Assembly (NCBI GenBank): GCA_947589515.1
Contig: CANQBE010000001.1
Location: 3,800-67,799 of the forward strand
From: an uncultured Bacilli bacterium
GTDB lineage: Bacteria > Bacillota_I > Bacilli_A > RF39 > UBA660
Direction: 5' to 3'
Length of the DNA: 64,000 nucleotides
Part shown: piece after piece, positions 46,075-55,559 of the stretch
Position numbering within the stretch: the stretch's first letter is position 1
Layout of the letters: the number at the start of each line of letters is the position of its first letter
Program-made: the position numbers and the translations under genes
Notes under the pieces: model-generated
What the model was told of the DNA's origin: nothing
Seen by the model: only the letters and a program-made list of their open reading frames with translations
Databases searched by the model: none

Positions 46075-46968
46075 ATGCAAAGTGGAATTTTAGTTGTGAA
46101 TAAAGAACAGAATATGACAAGTCGTGATGTTGTTGATATTGCTTGTAAAAAATTAAAGACGAAACATATTGGTCATACAGGTACTTTAGATCCTATCGCA
46201 ACTGGTGTATTAGTATTAGGAATTAATGAAGGATGTAAAATTATTGATTTATTAACTAGTGCTAGTAAAGTATATCAAGCAGAAATTATAGTGGGAATTC
46301 AAACAGATACATTAGATATCACTGGTAAGATAGAAAAAACATATAATATAGAGAATTTAACGAAAGAAGAAATACAACAAGCCTTGTCTTATTTTCATGG
46401 AAAATATCTGCAAGAAGTTCCTAAGTATTCTGCTTTGCATGTAAATGGAAAACGATTATACGAATATGCTAGAAATCAAGAAGAAGTCATTCTTCCAAAA
46501 AGAGAAGTGGAAATTTATGAAATAGAGCAGTTGGGAGATATAGAGAAACAGGATGGGTATTATACTTTTTCCATTCGTGCTCATGTTAGTAAGGGAACCT
46601 ATATCCGAAGTTTAATTCGTGATATAGGAAATAAACTAGGTTATCCTTGTACCATGAAGAATCTAGTTAGAGAAAAACAAGGAAACTTTTCTTTAGAAGA
46701 TTGTGTTTCTATTCAAGAAATTGATTTCCATAAAGTTAGAAAAATAGAAGATGCCTTAATTGATTATGAAAGAATTTTTGTAGATTCTAAGGTAGAAAAA
46801 CAGGTAGAAAATGGTTCTATTTTAACGTTAGATACTATTCATGATTTTGTATTATTAATGAATCAACAACAAGAGTTACTAGCAATCTATGAGAGATATT
46901 CCAAAGATAGGACAAAAATGAAACCTTATCGGGTTTTTAGGAGGGAAAGTAGTGAAAAAATTAGGTGA
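46075..46968 (+). CDS. truB: tRNA pseudouridine-55 synthase TruB
   Basis: GHTGTLDP catalytic Asp motif, then KYSA..V.GKRLYEYAR. RBS gaaggtgg. Confidence 0.9.
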   Translation: MQSGILVVNKEQNMTSRDVVDIACKKLKTKHIGHTGTLDPIATGVLVLGINEGCKIIDLLTSASKVYQAEIIVGIQTDTLDITGKIEKTYNIENLTKEEIQQALSYFHGKYLQEVPKYSALHVNGKRLYEYARNQEEVILPKREVEIYEIEQLGDIEKQDGYYTFSIRAHVSKGTYIRSLIRDIGNKLGYPCTMKNLVREKQGNFSLEDCVSIQEIDFHKVRKIEDALIDYERIFVDSKVEKQVENGSILTLDTIHDFVLLMNQQQELLAIYERYSKDRTKMKPYRVFRRESSEKIR

Positions 46969-48376
46969 GTTATATCCAAATTGTAATCATCCAGAATTAG
47001 AAATTAAAGGTATTAAAATCAATTCTAAAGAAGTAGAGCCTGGAGATCTTTTCGTATGTACGATGGGTGTTACGGCTGATCGTCATGACTTTATAGAAGA
47101 TGCTATTCAACATGGTGCTAGTGCTATTGTGGTACAGAGAAAAGTTTCTTGTTCCGTACCAACCATTTTAGTAGAAAATACGAATCGAGAACTTTCTTTA
47201 CTTGCTAGTAGATTTTATGATCATCCTGAAAATAGTTTAGAACTAATCGGAATTACAGGTACCAATGGAAAAACGACAGTTGCTACCATGATTCAAATGT
47301 TAATGGGAAATGATATTTGTGCTTACTTAGGAACAAATGGAATTTCTTGCAGTAAATTTCAAGAATCCATTCGTAATACTACTCCAGATGCTGATCGATT
47401 ATATGACTATTTTCGAAGATTTGTGGATAGTGGATGTAAATTTTTAAGTATGGAGACTTCTTCTGAAGCTTTCTATCGTAAAAGATTGGAAAATTTAAAG
47501 TTTCGAATCGGAATTATTACGAATATTACAGAAGATCATTTAAATATCCATAAGACGATTGAAAATTATGTAGATTGTAAGAAACAACTAGTTCGTCAAG
47601 TGCAAGAAGATGGTTTTTCCATTTTAAATATAGATGATCGTCATTATGAAGAAGTAAGAAACTGTGCTAGAGGTACCATTCTTACTTATGGAAAACAAGA
47701 ATCTACTTTACAAATTATCGATACTACTTATTCTTTTTCTCAGACTAAAATTACACTGAAATATCATGACCAATTCTATGAAGTGTTATCTCCATTATTA
47801 GGTGAATTTAATGTTTATAATTTATGTGCTAGTATGTTAGCTTTACTTGCTTTGGGATATGATATAGAAGAAATTATCAAAAAAGTTCCTAATATTATCG
47901 CACCAAGTGGTAGAGTAGAGTTTTTAGAGTTTGGACAAAAATATCATATTCTTTTGGATTATGCTCATACTACAGATGCTTTTTCTCAATTATTTCAATT
48001 ATTAGATGCTATTAAGAAAGGTCGTATTATTACCGTTACCGGTAGTGCTGGTGGACGAGAAAAAGAAAAAAGAGGTCCTATGGGAAAACTAGTTCTCGAA
48101 AAATCAGACTATGTCATTTTTACCATGGATGATCCAAGATATGAAAATGTTTCCGATATTATTTCTGATTTAGTAAAAGATTCCAATCAAACTAATTATG
48201 AAAAAATTATTGATCGCAAAGAAGCAATTTATAGAGCTTTTGAAATTGCTCAAGAAAATGATATTGTTTTAATTGCTGGTAAGGGAACCGATAACTATAT
48301 GGCAGTAGAAGATCAATATTTACCATATAGTGATTTAGATGTTATAGAAGAATATTTTAAAGAAAATATAAATTAA
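46952..48376 (+). CDS. murE: UDP-N-acetylmuramoyl-L-alanyl-D-glutamate--2,6-diaminopimelate (or L-lysine) ligase MurE
   Basis: GTG start after the RBS aggaggg. Motifs GITGTNGKTT, DYAHT, and DDPR (a DNPR-like motif). Confidence 0.9.
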   Translation: MKKLGELYPNCNHPELEIKGIKINSKEVEPGDLFVCTMGVTADRHDFIEDAIQHGASAIVVQRKVSCSVPTILVENTNRELSLLASRFYDHPENSLELIGITGTNGKTTVATMIQMLMGNDICAYLGTNGISCSKFQESIRNTTPDADRLYDYFRRFVDSGCKFLSMETSSEAFYRKRLENLKFRIGIITNITEDHLNIHKTIENYVDCKKQLVRQVQEDGFSILNIDDRHYEEVRNCARGTILTYGKQESTLQIIDTTYSFSQTKITLKYHDQFYEVLSPLLGEFNVYNLCASMLALLALGYDIEEIIKKVPNIIAPSGRVEFLEFGQKYHILLDYAHTTDAFSQLFQLLDAIKKGRIITVTGSAGGREKEKRGPMGKLVLEKSDYVIFTMDDPRYENVSDIISDLVKDSNQTNYEKIIDRKEAIYRAFEIAQENDIVLIAGKGTDNYMAVEDQYLPYSDLDVIEEYFKENIN

Positions 48377-48429
48377 AACTTATTTACAGTAAATAAAATC
48401 TTTATAATATAGAAAAGGAAGTAAAAAAA

Positions 48430-48606
48430 ATGAAAAATATCAGAATGAATTTGGATTATGATTTTAATCACCTTGTATTAGAACATCATATAGTACCTAC
48501 TCGTATTTATAGAACATGTGATATGAAAAGATTGATGGTAGCACCAAGAACTATATGGTCAAAAGATTATGGAAATGCTAAAAAAGTAAAGAAAATAAAA
48601 TGGTAA
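48430..48606 (+). CDS. Small basic hypothetical protein (58 aa), below the ORF-track cutoff
   Basis: RBS aaaggaag lies 8 nt upstream. Hand translation: MKNIRMNLDYDFNHLVLEHHIVPTRIYRTCDMKRLMVAPRTIWSKDYGNAKKVKKIKW. A strong terminator follows immediately. Confidence 0.4.
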   Translation: MKNIRMNLDYDFNHLVLEHHIVPTRIYRTCDMKRLMVAPRTIWSKDYGNAKKVKKIKW

Positions 48607-48610
48607 AATG

Positions 48611-48653
48611 AATGAAAAGAAGAAAAAAAATATCAATTTCTTCTTTTCATTTT
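48611..48653 (+). terminator. Rho-independent terminator
   Basis: 14-bp stem atgaaaagaagaaa/tttcttcttttcat followed by a T-run. Confidence 0.8.
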
Positions 48654-48745
48654 CAACTAAAGTTATCATGTAATATCAATTTTCCTTGCTTGGGGTGATT
48701 TGATTTGTTATAATAAATAATCATTTAGTGATAGGAGATTGTGTC

Positions 48746-49990
48746 ATGATTTTAAACAATTTTAATAGTGATGATTATATTTATTTTAGGTTAATAAAAG
48801 ATTTTGATTCTTATAAAGAGGGGGATATTCTTCGCTTTCACATTAACGATTTAAGAAGACGAGCCTTTTCAGATAAAATATCTGTTTATTCTTCTTTCTT
48901 TGAATTCACTCCTAAAAAAAGAATCGATAAGTATGCTATTTTCCCTTATCAATTATATGAATCTGCTATCTTAAAAGAAAAATGTCTTCTATATAAGATT
49001 AGCTTTGATTCAGAGGATATTATTATTTTAAATAATGCTATGAAAAAAATGTTATTTTCTGATACGGAACTTTCACCATTATTAATGATGTTAAGAGGAG
49101 TAGCTACTGTAAAACAGGATAATCAACAACAATTGGAACAATTGCAGGAAGGTGAAATGATAGCTATCAATGATTACACTTTAAAGTTAATCGAAAAAAA
49201 TTCGCTTATTCCTTTTTTTGAAACCAATTCTAACACTCCTTCTAATTTCATTAAAAAATATCATATTGAAAAATTAATCCGTCTCAAAGGTGGTTTGCAT
49301 TTAGATATTGATTTACATAAAGGAGATACTTTATCCTTTTCTGATCCTGCAGTCGCTTTACTTTTTTGTAATCAGTATTATCTTCGTTTATTAGGTAGTT
49401 GTTGTATGTTGGATGAAAACGAAAAACAAAATTATTTTTATGAAGAGTTTTCCAATTGTATCCATGACTATGAGAGTGATATTCGATATTTTGTGTTAAA
49501 CGATGATATCAAGGTAAAAAATAGAAAAGATTTTTCAGATTCCTCTTTATTTCCTACTGATTTTCCTAATCTTTCTTTTTTTGATGGTATGTATTCTTTT
49601 GATTGGAATACATTTGATGATTTTGATTATGATGAACATGGTTATCTTCGCTATATATGGGTTCATGATAACCGTAAAGTAGAAATGGAAATTCTAAAAA
49701 TTGCTCGAAGGGCGACAATAGAGGAAGCAAGAGAGCATTATACTCATTTTAAAAATAGAGAAGAATTAGAAGAAGAAGCATTTAGTTATTATTGTAAATA
49801 TAAAAATATCTATAAAAAAATGAAAAAGGAAAATCCTACTTTAACTTATGTAGAATTTATGAAATTGAATGAACAAAAAATAGCTCTTCAAAAGAATTAT
49901 ATGTATCAAAAATTATACATGACATTTGTTAGTAGAAGAAATTTTTTAGAAGAAGCAAAAACACCAAAACAGTTAACACTAAAAAAATAG
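48746..49990 (+). CDS. Hypothetical protein
   Basis: RBS aggag lies 8 nt before the ATG at 48746. 414 aa, no recognisable motif. Confidence 0.5.
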   Translation: MILNNFNSDDYIYFRLIKDFDSYKEGDILRFHINDLRRRAFSDKISVYSSFFEFTPKKRIDKYAIFPYQLYESAILKEKCLLYKISFDSEDIIILNNAMKKMLFSDTELSPLLMMLRGVATVKQDNQQQLEQLQEGEMIAINDYTLKLIEKNSLIPFFETNSNTPSNFIKKYHIEKLIRLKGGLHLDIDLHKGDTLSFSDPAVALLFCNQYYLRLLGSCCMLDENEKQNYFYEEFSNCIHDYESDIRYFVLNDDIKVKNRKDFSDSSLFPTDFPNLSFFDGMYSFDWNTFDDFDYDEHGYLRYIWVHDNRKVEMEILKIARRATIEEAREHYTHFKNREELEEEAFSYYCKYKNIYKKMKKENPTLTYVEFMKLNEQKIALQKNYMYQKLYMTFVSRRNFLEEAKTPKQLTLKK

Positions 49991-49994
49991 AATC

Positions 49995-50023
49995 TCATAT
50001 TTCGACAAAAAGCGACATAATCT
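49995..50023 (+). promoter_or_regulatory. Candidate sigma-E-type (mother-cell) promoter upstream of sigK
   Basis: tcatatt, 14-nt spacer, cataatct. The B. subtilis sigma-E consensus is kmATAww, 14-nt spacer, CATACAnT. Confidence 0.45.
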
Positions 50024-50038
50024 GTAATGGGTGATAAA

Positions 50039-50737
50039 ATGTTAAAAAAACTATTACAGATGATTTTTAAAGAATTTTCTATTTTTACTGCTTCTTACTC
50101 TAATAATGTATTTCCAGAACCTTTAACCAAGGAAGAAGAAGAAAAATACATTGAAGCCCATTTAAAAGGGGATAAAGAAGCAAGAAGTCAATTAATTGAA
50201 CATAACTTAAGATTAGTTGCTCATATTGTGAAAAAATATGATTCCAAAATAGAAGATAGTGATGATTTAATTAGTATTGGAACGATTGGTCTTATTAAAG
50301 GAGTAGATTCCTTTTCTAATAAGCATGGAACGAAAATTACGACTTACTGTGCCAGATGTATTGAAAATGAAATCTTGATGTATTTTCGTGCTAATAATAA
50401 AAATAGTAAAAATGTATCTTTAAATGAATCCATTGGTTTTGATAAAGATGGGAATGAAATTACGATTCTAGATATCTTAAAAGCTCCGAAACCGGATTTT
50501 GTAGACGAAATTAATAAAAAGGATAATATTAAATTATTAAAGAGTTATTTAAACATTTTAACAGATCGAGAAAGAGAAATTATTATTCGTAGATATGGAT
50601 TGAATAATCAGAAGGAACAGACTCAAAAAGTAATTGCGAAAGAATTAAAAATTTCGAGAAGTTATGTATCTAGGATTGAGAAAAGAGCTCTTACTAAAAT
50701 TTTAAGAGAGTTTATGAAAAATAAATCTGTAAATTAG
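50039..50737 (+). CDS. sigK: Sporulation sigma factor, pro-sigma-K type (uninterrupted)
   Basis: NVFPEPLTKEEE..LIEHNLRLVAHIVKKY..DLISIGTIGLIKG..YCARCIENEILMYFR closely parallels B. subtilis SigK. A hydrophobic pro-sequence is present. Confidence 0.85.
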   Translation: MLKKLLQMIFKEFSIFTASYSNNVFPEPLTKEEEEKYIEAHLKGDKEARSQLIEHNLRLVAHIVKKYDSKIEDSDDLISIGTIGLIKGVDSFSNKHGTKITTYCARCIENEILMYFRANNKNSKNVSLNESIGFDKDGNEITILDILKAPKPDFVDEINKKDNIKLLKSYLNILTDREREIIIRRYGLNNQKEQTQKVIAKELKISRSYVSRIEKRALTKILREFMKNKSVN

Positions 50738-50761
50738 AAAAGGATTCTTTTCTTTTTTTTT
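50737..50761 (+). terminator. Rho-independent terminator after sigK
   Basis: Stem agaaaag/cttttct followed by a T-run. Confidence 0.7.
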
Positions 50762-50806
50762 GTTTTGTGATACAATTTATCTACTTTATGTAAAGGGGAT
50801 GTACTT

Positions 50807-52093
50807 ATGAAAGTAGGAATTTATACATTAGGATGTAAAGTCAATACCTATGAAAGTGAATATGTGATTTCATTGTTTCAAAAAAGAGGTTATACCATTA
50901 CCGATTTTGATGATTCTTGTGATATTTACATTATTAATACTTGTACAGTAACAAATCAAAGCGATAGTAAGAGTAGAAAAATGATTCATCAGGCCATTCG
51001 TAAAAATCCAAATGCTTGTGTTGTTGCCATGGGGTGCTTTGTAGAAGCAAATAAAGAAAGCCCTATCGAAGGTGTTAATATTCTAATTGGTAATAAAGAT
51101 AAAAGTAAAATAGTCGATTTAGTAGAGGAATATTTACAAAATAAACAAAACTTGGTTCATCTTTATTCCGATTTAGGTACCCAATTTGAAAATATGGAAA
51201 TCGAAAAAGTAGAAGGTAGAACGAGAGCTTTTGTGAAAATTCAAGATGGTTGTGAAAACTTTTGCAGTTACTGTATCATTCCTTATGTAAGAGGAAAATG
51301 TCGTAGTAAGAAGGAAATGGATGTGATTACTGAGATTACATCTTTAGTACAAAATGGTTATCAAGAAATCGTGTTAACGGGAATTCATACTGGAAATTAT
51401 GGAAGAGATTTAGGTACTGATTTTGCCTCTTTATTAAAAAAAATAGTAACCATCCCTAATTTATATCGTTTACGAATTTCTTCGATTGAGATTACAGAAT
51501 TAACGGATGAAGTGTTAACGATTTTAGAGAAGTATCCAGTTATTTGCAATCACTTACATATTCCATTACAAGCAGGAAGCGATGAAATCTTAAAACGAAT
51601 GAATCGCAAGTATGATACGAAATATTATCAAGATAAAATTGAGAAAATTCGAACCATAAGACCTGATATTTCCATTTCTACCGATGTGATTGTTGGTTTT
51701 CCCGGAGAAACCGAAGAATTATTTCAAAAAACATTAGAGTTCTGTGAGAAGATGGCATTTTCTAAGATTCATGTTTTTCCTTATTCTGTTCGTCGAGGTA
51801 CTCCTGCCAGTAAATTTCCTAATCAAATTGATGGCAATATCAAAAAACAACGTGCTAGACAATTAATTGCCTTATCGACTACTTTAGAACAAAACTATAT
51901 GCAAAAATTTGTAAATAGTGAAATTGATGTTTTAATAGAACAGAATAAAAATGGCTATAGTTATGGTCATACTAGCAATTATTTATCTATTCAAGTACCA
52001 GGAAATTATCATAGTGGTCAAATGATTACCGCTACTATTACTAGTGTTTCCTATCCTTATTGTGTAGCCAAAGAATTAATTCCTACAAAATAA
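50807..52093 (+). CDS. mtaB: tRNA methylthiotransferase, MtaB (YqeV)-like radical SAM enzyme
   Basis: UPF0004 N-terminus (TLGCKVN, NTCTVT), radical-SAM motif CENFCSYC, and a TRAM-like C-terminus. Confidence 0.85.
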   Translation: MKVGIYTLGCKVNTYESEYVISLFQKRGYTITDFDDSCDIYIINTCTVTNQSDSKSRKMIHQAIRKNPNACVVAMGCFVEANKESPIEGVNILIGNKDKSKIVDLVEEYLQNKQNLVHLYSDLGTQFENMEIEKVEGRTRAFVKIQDGCENFCSYCIIPYVRGKCRSKKEMDVITEITSLVQNGYQEIVLTGIHTGNYGRDLGTDFASLLKKIVTIPNLYRLRISSIEITELTDEVLTILEKYPVICNHLHIPLQAGSDEILKRMNRKYDTKYYQDKIEKIRTIRPDISISTDVIVGFPGETEELFQKTLEFCEKMAFSKIHVFPYSVRRGTPASKFPNQIDGNIKKQRARQLIALSTTLEQNYMQKFVNSEIDVLIEQNKNGYSYGHTSNYLSIQVPGNYHSGQMITATITSVSYPYCVAKELIPTK

Positions 52094-52157
52094 TATAAAA
52101 AACTATATTTTTTAAAAAAAATATTATATAATGTAATTATTATAGAAGGTGATTCAG

Positions 52158-52703
52158 TTGAAAGAAGAATTAGATTTAACATTTTTAAAGATGGTACAGG
52201 AACATTATCAAAAGGTGAAAAGTGAGTTAAATGATCAGTTAGTAGATGAATTTTACGAAAAAAGTCTTTCTTCAAAAAAAATAGAAGTACATGGTGAATT
52301 ATATGTTGGTAAAAATGTTATTATGAAAGGAATAGGACAAGTAGTTGGTATTGCTAGTGGAATTTTATTAATCATCATGTTAGGAAAAGCAGCTAATACT
52401 GCTGATCTTATGGATCGCTATTATAATATTTTAAGTCAACAGGCTCAACAAGAGTTAACTCAAAAAGAATTTGCTTATTATCAGGATAATAAACCTAATG
52501 TTATAGAGGCATATCATGATTATCAAGAAAAAGAAGAAGAATTAAAGCAAACAGGTAATTATAATTCTTTAGGAGATAACATTGATAACGATAGCCAAGC
52601 TACCTATTCAAAAGGGGATTTTCTAGTACCAACTAATATTCAGGAAGATGCTCTTCGTATGGCTGTTAGTGAACAAATTCAAGAATATAAAGGAAAGAGG
52701 TAA
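52158..52703 (+). CDS. Hypothetical membrane-associated protein
   Basis: TTG at 52158 after the RBS gaaggtga; the start is uncertain and could be 52149 or 52191. One TM helix (VVGIASGILLIIML). Confidence 0.4.
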   Translation: MKEELDLTFLKMVQEHYQKVKSELNDQLVDEFYEKSLSSKKIEVHGELYVGKNVIMKGIGQVVGIASGILLIIMLGKAANTADLMDRYYNILSQQAQQELTQKEFAYYQDNKPNVIEAYHDYQEKEEELKQTGNYNSLGDNIDNDSQATYSKGDFLVPTNIQEDALRMAVSEQIQEYKGKR

Positions 52704-52708
52704 ATCAT

Positions 52709-52942
52709 ATGATAGATAATAGTTGTATTCGATTAGAAGATCATAAAGAATATAATGTAGTAGATAAAATATTATCTGATGGCAATACTTATATTTACTT
52801 GTCAAATAAAGAAGATGAAAATGATATTTGTATTCGTAAACAAATTCAAGAAGATAATCGCACTTTCCTAGTTGGTTTAGATAGTAATGAAGAAATTCAG
52901 CATGCTTTAGAAATTTTTGTGAAAAAACATTCCAATGATTAA
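52709..52942 (+). CDS. Small hypothetical protein
   Basis: RBS aagagg. 77 aa, no motif. Confidence 0.45.
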   Translation: MIDNSCIRLEDHKEYNVVDKILSDGNTYIYLSNKEDENDICIRKQIQEDNRTFLVGLDSNEEIQHALEIFVKKHSND

Positions 52943-53000
52943 GTAAAAGAACATTAAATTTGGTATAATATCCTTAGGGATATTTTTTTTGGAGGAAATT

Positions 53001-55190
53001 ATGGAAGTATTCATCAAAGGAAATTTTAAAAAGACTATCTTTAAAAGTGATAATGGCTATTATATTGGTCTTTTTAAAGTGAAAGAAACTAACTCTGAAA
53101 ATTTAGAAGAATTTGTGAATCGTACTATCACTTTTACTGGTTATTTTCATGAATTAAATGAAGAAGATACCTATCTTTTTTATGGAAAATTGGTAGAACA
53201 TGATAAATATGGAAAACAATTTCAAGTGGAAAATTACGAACGCTTATTACCAGAAGAAAAAGATTCTACTATCGAATTTTTAAGTAGTGGTTTATTTAAA
53301 GGAATTGGAGAAAAGACAGCAGAGAAGATAGTGGAATTTTTGGGAAAAGACACTCTAACTATTATTTTAGAAAATCCAAGTAATCTTTTTTTAATTCCTG
53401 GTCTTACCAAAAAGCAAATTGATACTCTCCATCATACATTATTAGATTATCAGGCTAGCTATCAAACTATTGTGTCTTTAAATGAACTTGGTTTTTCAAC
53501 AAAAGAAAGTTTACTGATTTATAACAAATATAAAGATCAAACAAATACTATTTTACAGGATAATCTCTATTTATTCATGGAAGATTTAGAAGAGTTAAGT
53601 TTCAAAAAAGTAGATATGATTGCTTTAAAAAATGGTATGAAAAAAGATGATGTAAGAAGGATTCAGGCAGCTATTTTATACATTATGGATGAAGTATGTA
53701 ATTTATATGGTCATAGTTATTTGTTAGAAGATGAAATTTTTGCCTATACTGTTCGTGCTTTAAATAATCAAGTTGCTGATAGTGAATTTCTTTTGGCCTT
53801 AAAGAACTTATTATTAGATATGAAAATAATCTTAATCGAAGAAAAATATTATTTGAAAAAAATGTATGAAGCTGAACAAAACATCGTCAAAAGATGTGGT
53901 TATTTGATGAGATGTAGTGATTGTACTGATAAAAAATTAGATAGTAAAATACGCGAAGTAGAGGAATACTTTGGTTGTTTTTATAATCAAGAACAGATTG
54001 AAGCTATCAGACTTTCTTTTCTTAAAAAACTATTAGTAGTAACAGGTGGACCTGGAACTGGTAAAACCACAATTATCAAGGCTATTTGCGAATTATATCG
54101 GTTAATGAATCAATTATCTTATCAAAAATTATCGGAAAGAATTGCTTTACTTGCTCCGACAGGACGAGCTAGTAAACGAATTAGTGAATCTACTAATCTT
54201 CCAGCTTCTACTATTCATCGTTTTTTAAAATGGAATAAAGAAAATAATAAATTTGGAATTAATGAGTATCATAAGAGTGAGGTGGATCTTGTTATTATCG
54301 ATGAATTTAGTATGGTAGATACTTATCTATTTGATTCTTTACTCAAAGGTTTAAAATATGATACGAAAATTATTATTGTAGGAGATTATAATCAATTACC
54401 AAGTGTTGGTGCAGGTCAGCTATTAAAAGATATGATTGAAAGCAATTGCTTAAACGTTGTCGAATTAAAAGAATTATATCGCCAAAAAGAAAACTCTAAT
54501 ATTATTAATTTAGCTTATCAAATTAATGAAAATTGTCTCGATCAAACGATTTTTAATCAAACGGAAGATTTAATTTTTATTCCTACGCCTACTCATGAAG
54601 TTACCAATCATATTATTGAAATCGCTAAACAATATATTCATTCAGATGTGCAAGTATTAGCTCCGATGTATAAGACTTTAAATGGTATTGATAGTATTAA
54701 TATCGCTTTACAACAAATTTTTAATCCCAAAGAAAAAGGTAAAAAAGAAATTTTAATTAATGATACCATTTATCGAGAACATGATAAAGTCATTCAACTT
54801 TCCAATATGCCAGATGAAAATATTTTTAATGGAGATATTGGTTACATTGAAGAAATTAAAACAGAATCTAAAAAAGAAGTTTATATAAATTTTGATGGTA
54901 ATATCGTAAAATATACACCAACTAATTTTCAAAAATTTAAACATGCTTATGCCATTAGTATTCATAAAAGTCAAGGAAGTGAATTTGATACTATCATTAT
55001 TCCTATTGTTCATGGATATGGAAAAATGCTTTATCGTAAATTGATTTATACAGGTGTTACTCGAGTAAAGAAGAAGTTATATTTAATTGGAGAAATTTCC
55101 GCTTTAGAAAAAGCAATTCAAAATGATGATACCAATATTAGAAGAACGACCTTAAAAGAAATGTTAATGGACAATATTAATGTTGTATAA
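53001..55190 (+). CDS. recD2: SF1B ATP-dependent DNA helicase RecD2 (RecD-like)
   Basis: Walker A GGPGTGKTT, Walker B IIDEFSMV, SIHKSQGSEF, and an N-terminal OB/HhH region. Confidence 0.9.
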   Translation: MEVFIKGNFKKTIFKSDNGYYIGLFKVKETNSENLEEFVNRTITFTGYFHELNEEDTYLFYGKLVEHDKYGKQFQVENYERLLPEEKDSTIEFLSSGLFKGIGEKTAEKIVEFLGKDTLTIILENPSNLFLIPGLTKKQIDTLHHTLLDYQASYQTIVSLNELGFSTKESLLIYNKYKDQTNTILQDNLYLFMEDLEELSFKKVDMIALKNGMKKDDVRRIQAAILYIMDEVCNLYGHSYLLEDEIFAYTVRALNNQVADSEFLLALKNLLLDMKIILIEEKYYLKKMYEAEQNIVKRCGYLMRCSDCTDKKLDSKIREVEEYFGCFYNQEQIEAIRLSFLKKLLVVTGGPGTGKTTIIKAICELYRLMNQLSYQKLSERIALLAPTGRASKRISESTNLPASTIHRFLKWNKENNKFGINEYHKSEVDLVIIDEFSMVDTYLFDSLLKGLKYDTKIIIVGDYNQLPSVGAGQLLKDMIESNCLNVVELKELYRQKENSNIINLAYQINENCLDQTIFNQTEDLIFIPTPTHEVTNHIIEIAKQYIHSDVQVLAPMYKTLNGIDSINIALQQIFNPKEKGKKEILINDTIYREHDKVIQLSNMPDENIFNGDIGYIEEIKTESKKEVYINFDGNIVKYTPTNFQKFKHAYAISIHKSQGSEFDTIIIPIVHGYGKMLYRKLIYTGVTRVKKKLYLIGEISALEKAIQNDDTNIRRTTLKEMLMDNINVV

Positions 55191-55265
55191 ATTTAGTTTG
55201 GTTTTCTCATAATAGTAATGGTATAGAAATATACTGATCATATTTTCAAAGTTAGAGGTGATATT

Positions 55266-55433
55266 ATGAAGAAAAGTAGTATAGTCGCAGGTTCAGCTGT
55301 ATTAATGGCCCTTGGTGGTTATGGTGCATGGTGCGCTTATAAAAAAATGAATCCACATGGTGCAAAAGAATTAAAAAGAGATATGAAAAACATGACCAGA
55401 AATATGGAAAAAAGCATTGAAGATATGATGTAA
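55266..55433 (+). CDS. Small membrane protein (55 aa), below the ORF-track cutoff
   Basis: RBS agaggtg. Hand translation: MKKSSIVAGSAVLMALGGYGAWCAYKKMNPHGAKELKRDMKNMTRNMEKSIEDMM. One TM helix. A terminator follows. Confidence 0.5.
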   Translation: MKKSSIVAGSAVLMALGGYGAWCAYKKMNPHGAKELKRDMKNMTRNMEKSIEDMM

Positions 55434-55437
55434 GAGA

Positions 55438-55458
55438 AGAGACCTTTGGTCTCTTTTT
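55438..55458 (+). terminator. Rho-independent terminator
   Basis: Stem agagacc/ggtctct followed by a T-run. Confidence 0.7.
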
Positions 55459-55559
55459 CTAATCTACTAAAATCTTGTATCAAACTATCAAATATTTTTT
55501 AATTTTTTTGTTTAAGATTCCAAAATAGTGATACAATATGATTGTAAGAGAGTGGTTGT

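Noticed and set aside
50039-50737. sigK, considered as possibly split by a skin-like prophage element.
   Set aside because: The ORF is continuous from the pro-sequence through region 4, so the gene is intact.
52158-52942. The adjacent small genes 52158-52703 and 52709-52942, considered as a toxin-antitoxin pair.
   Set aside because: Neither has motifs of any known TA family. The first is a membrane-associated protein, and size and adjacency alone are not enough.
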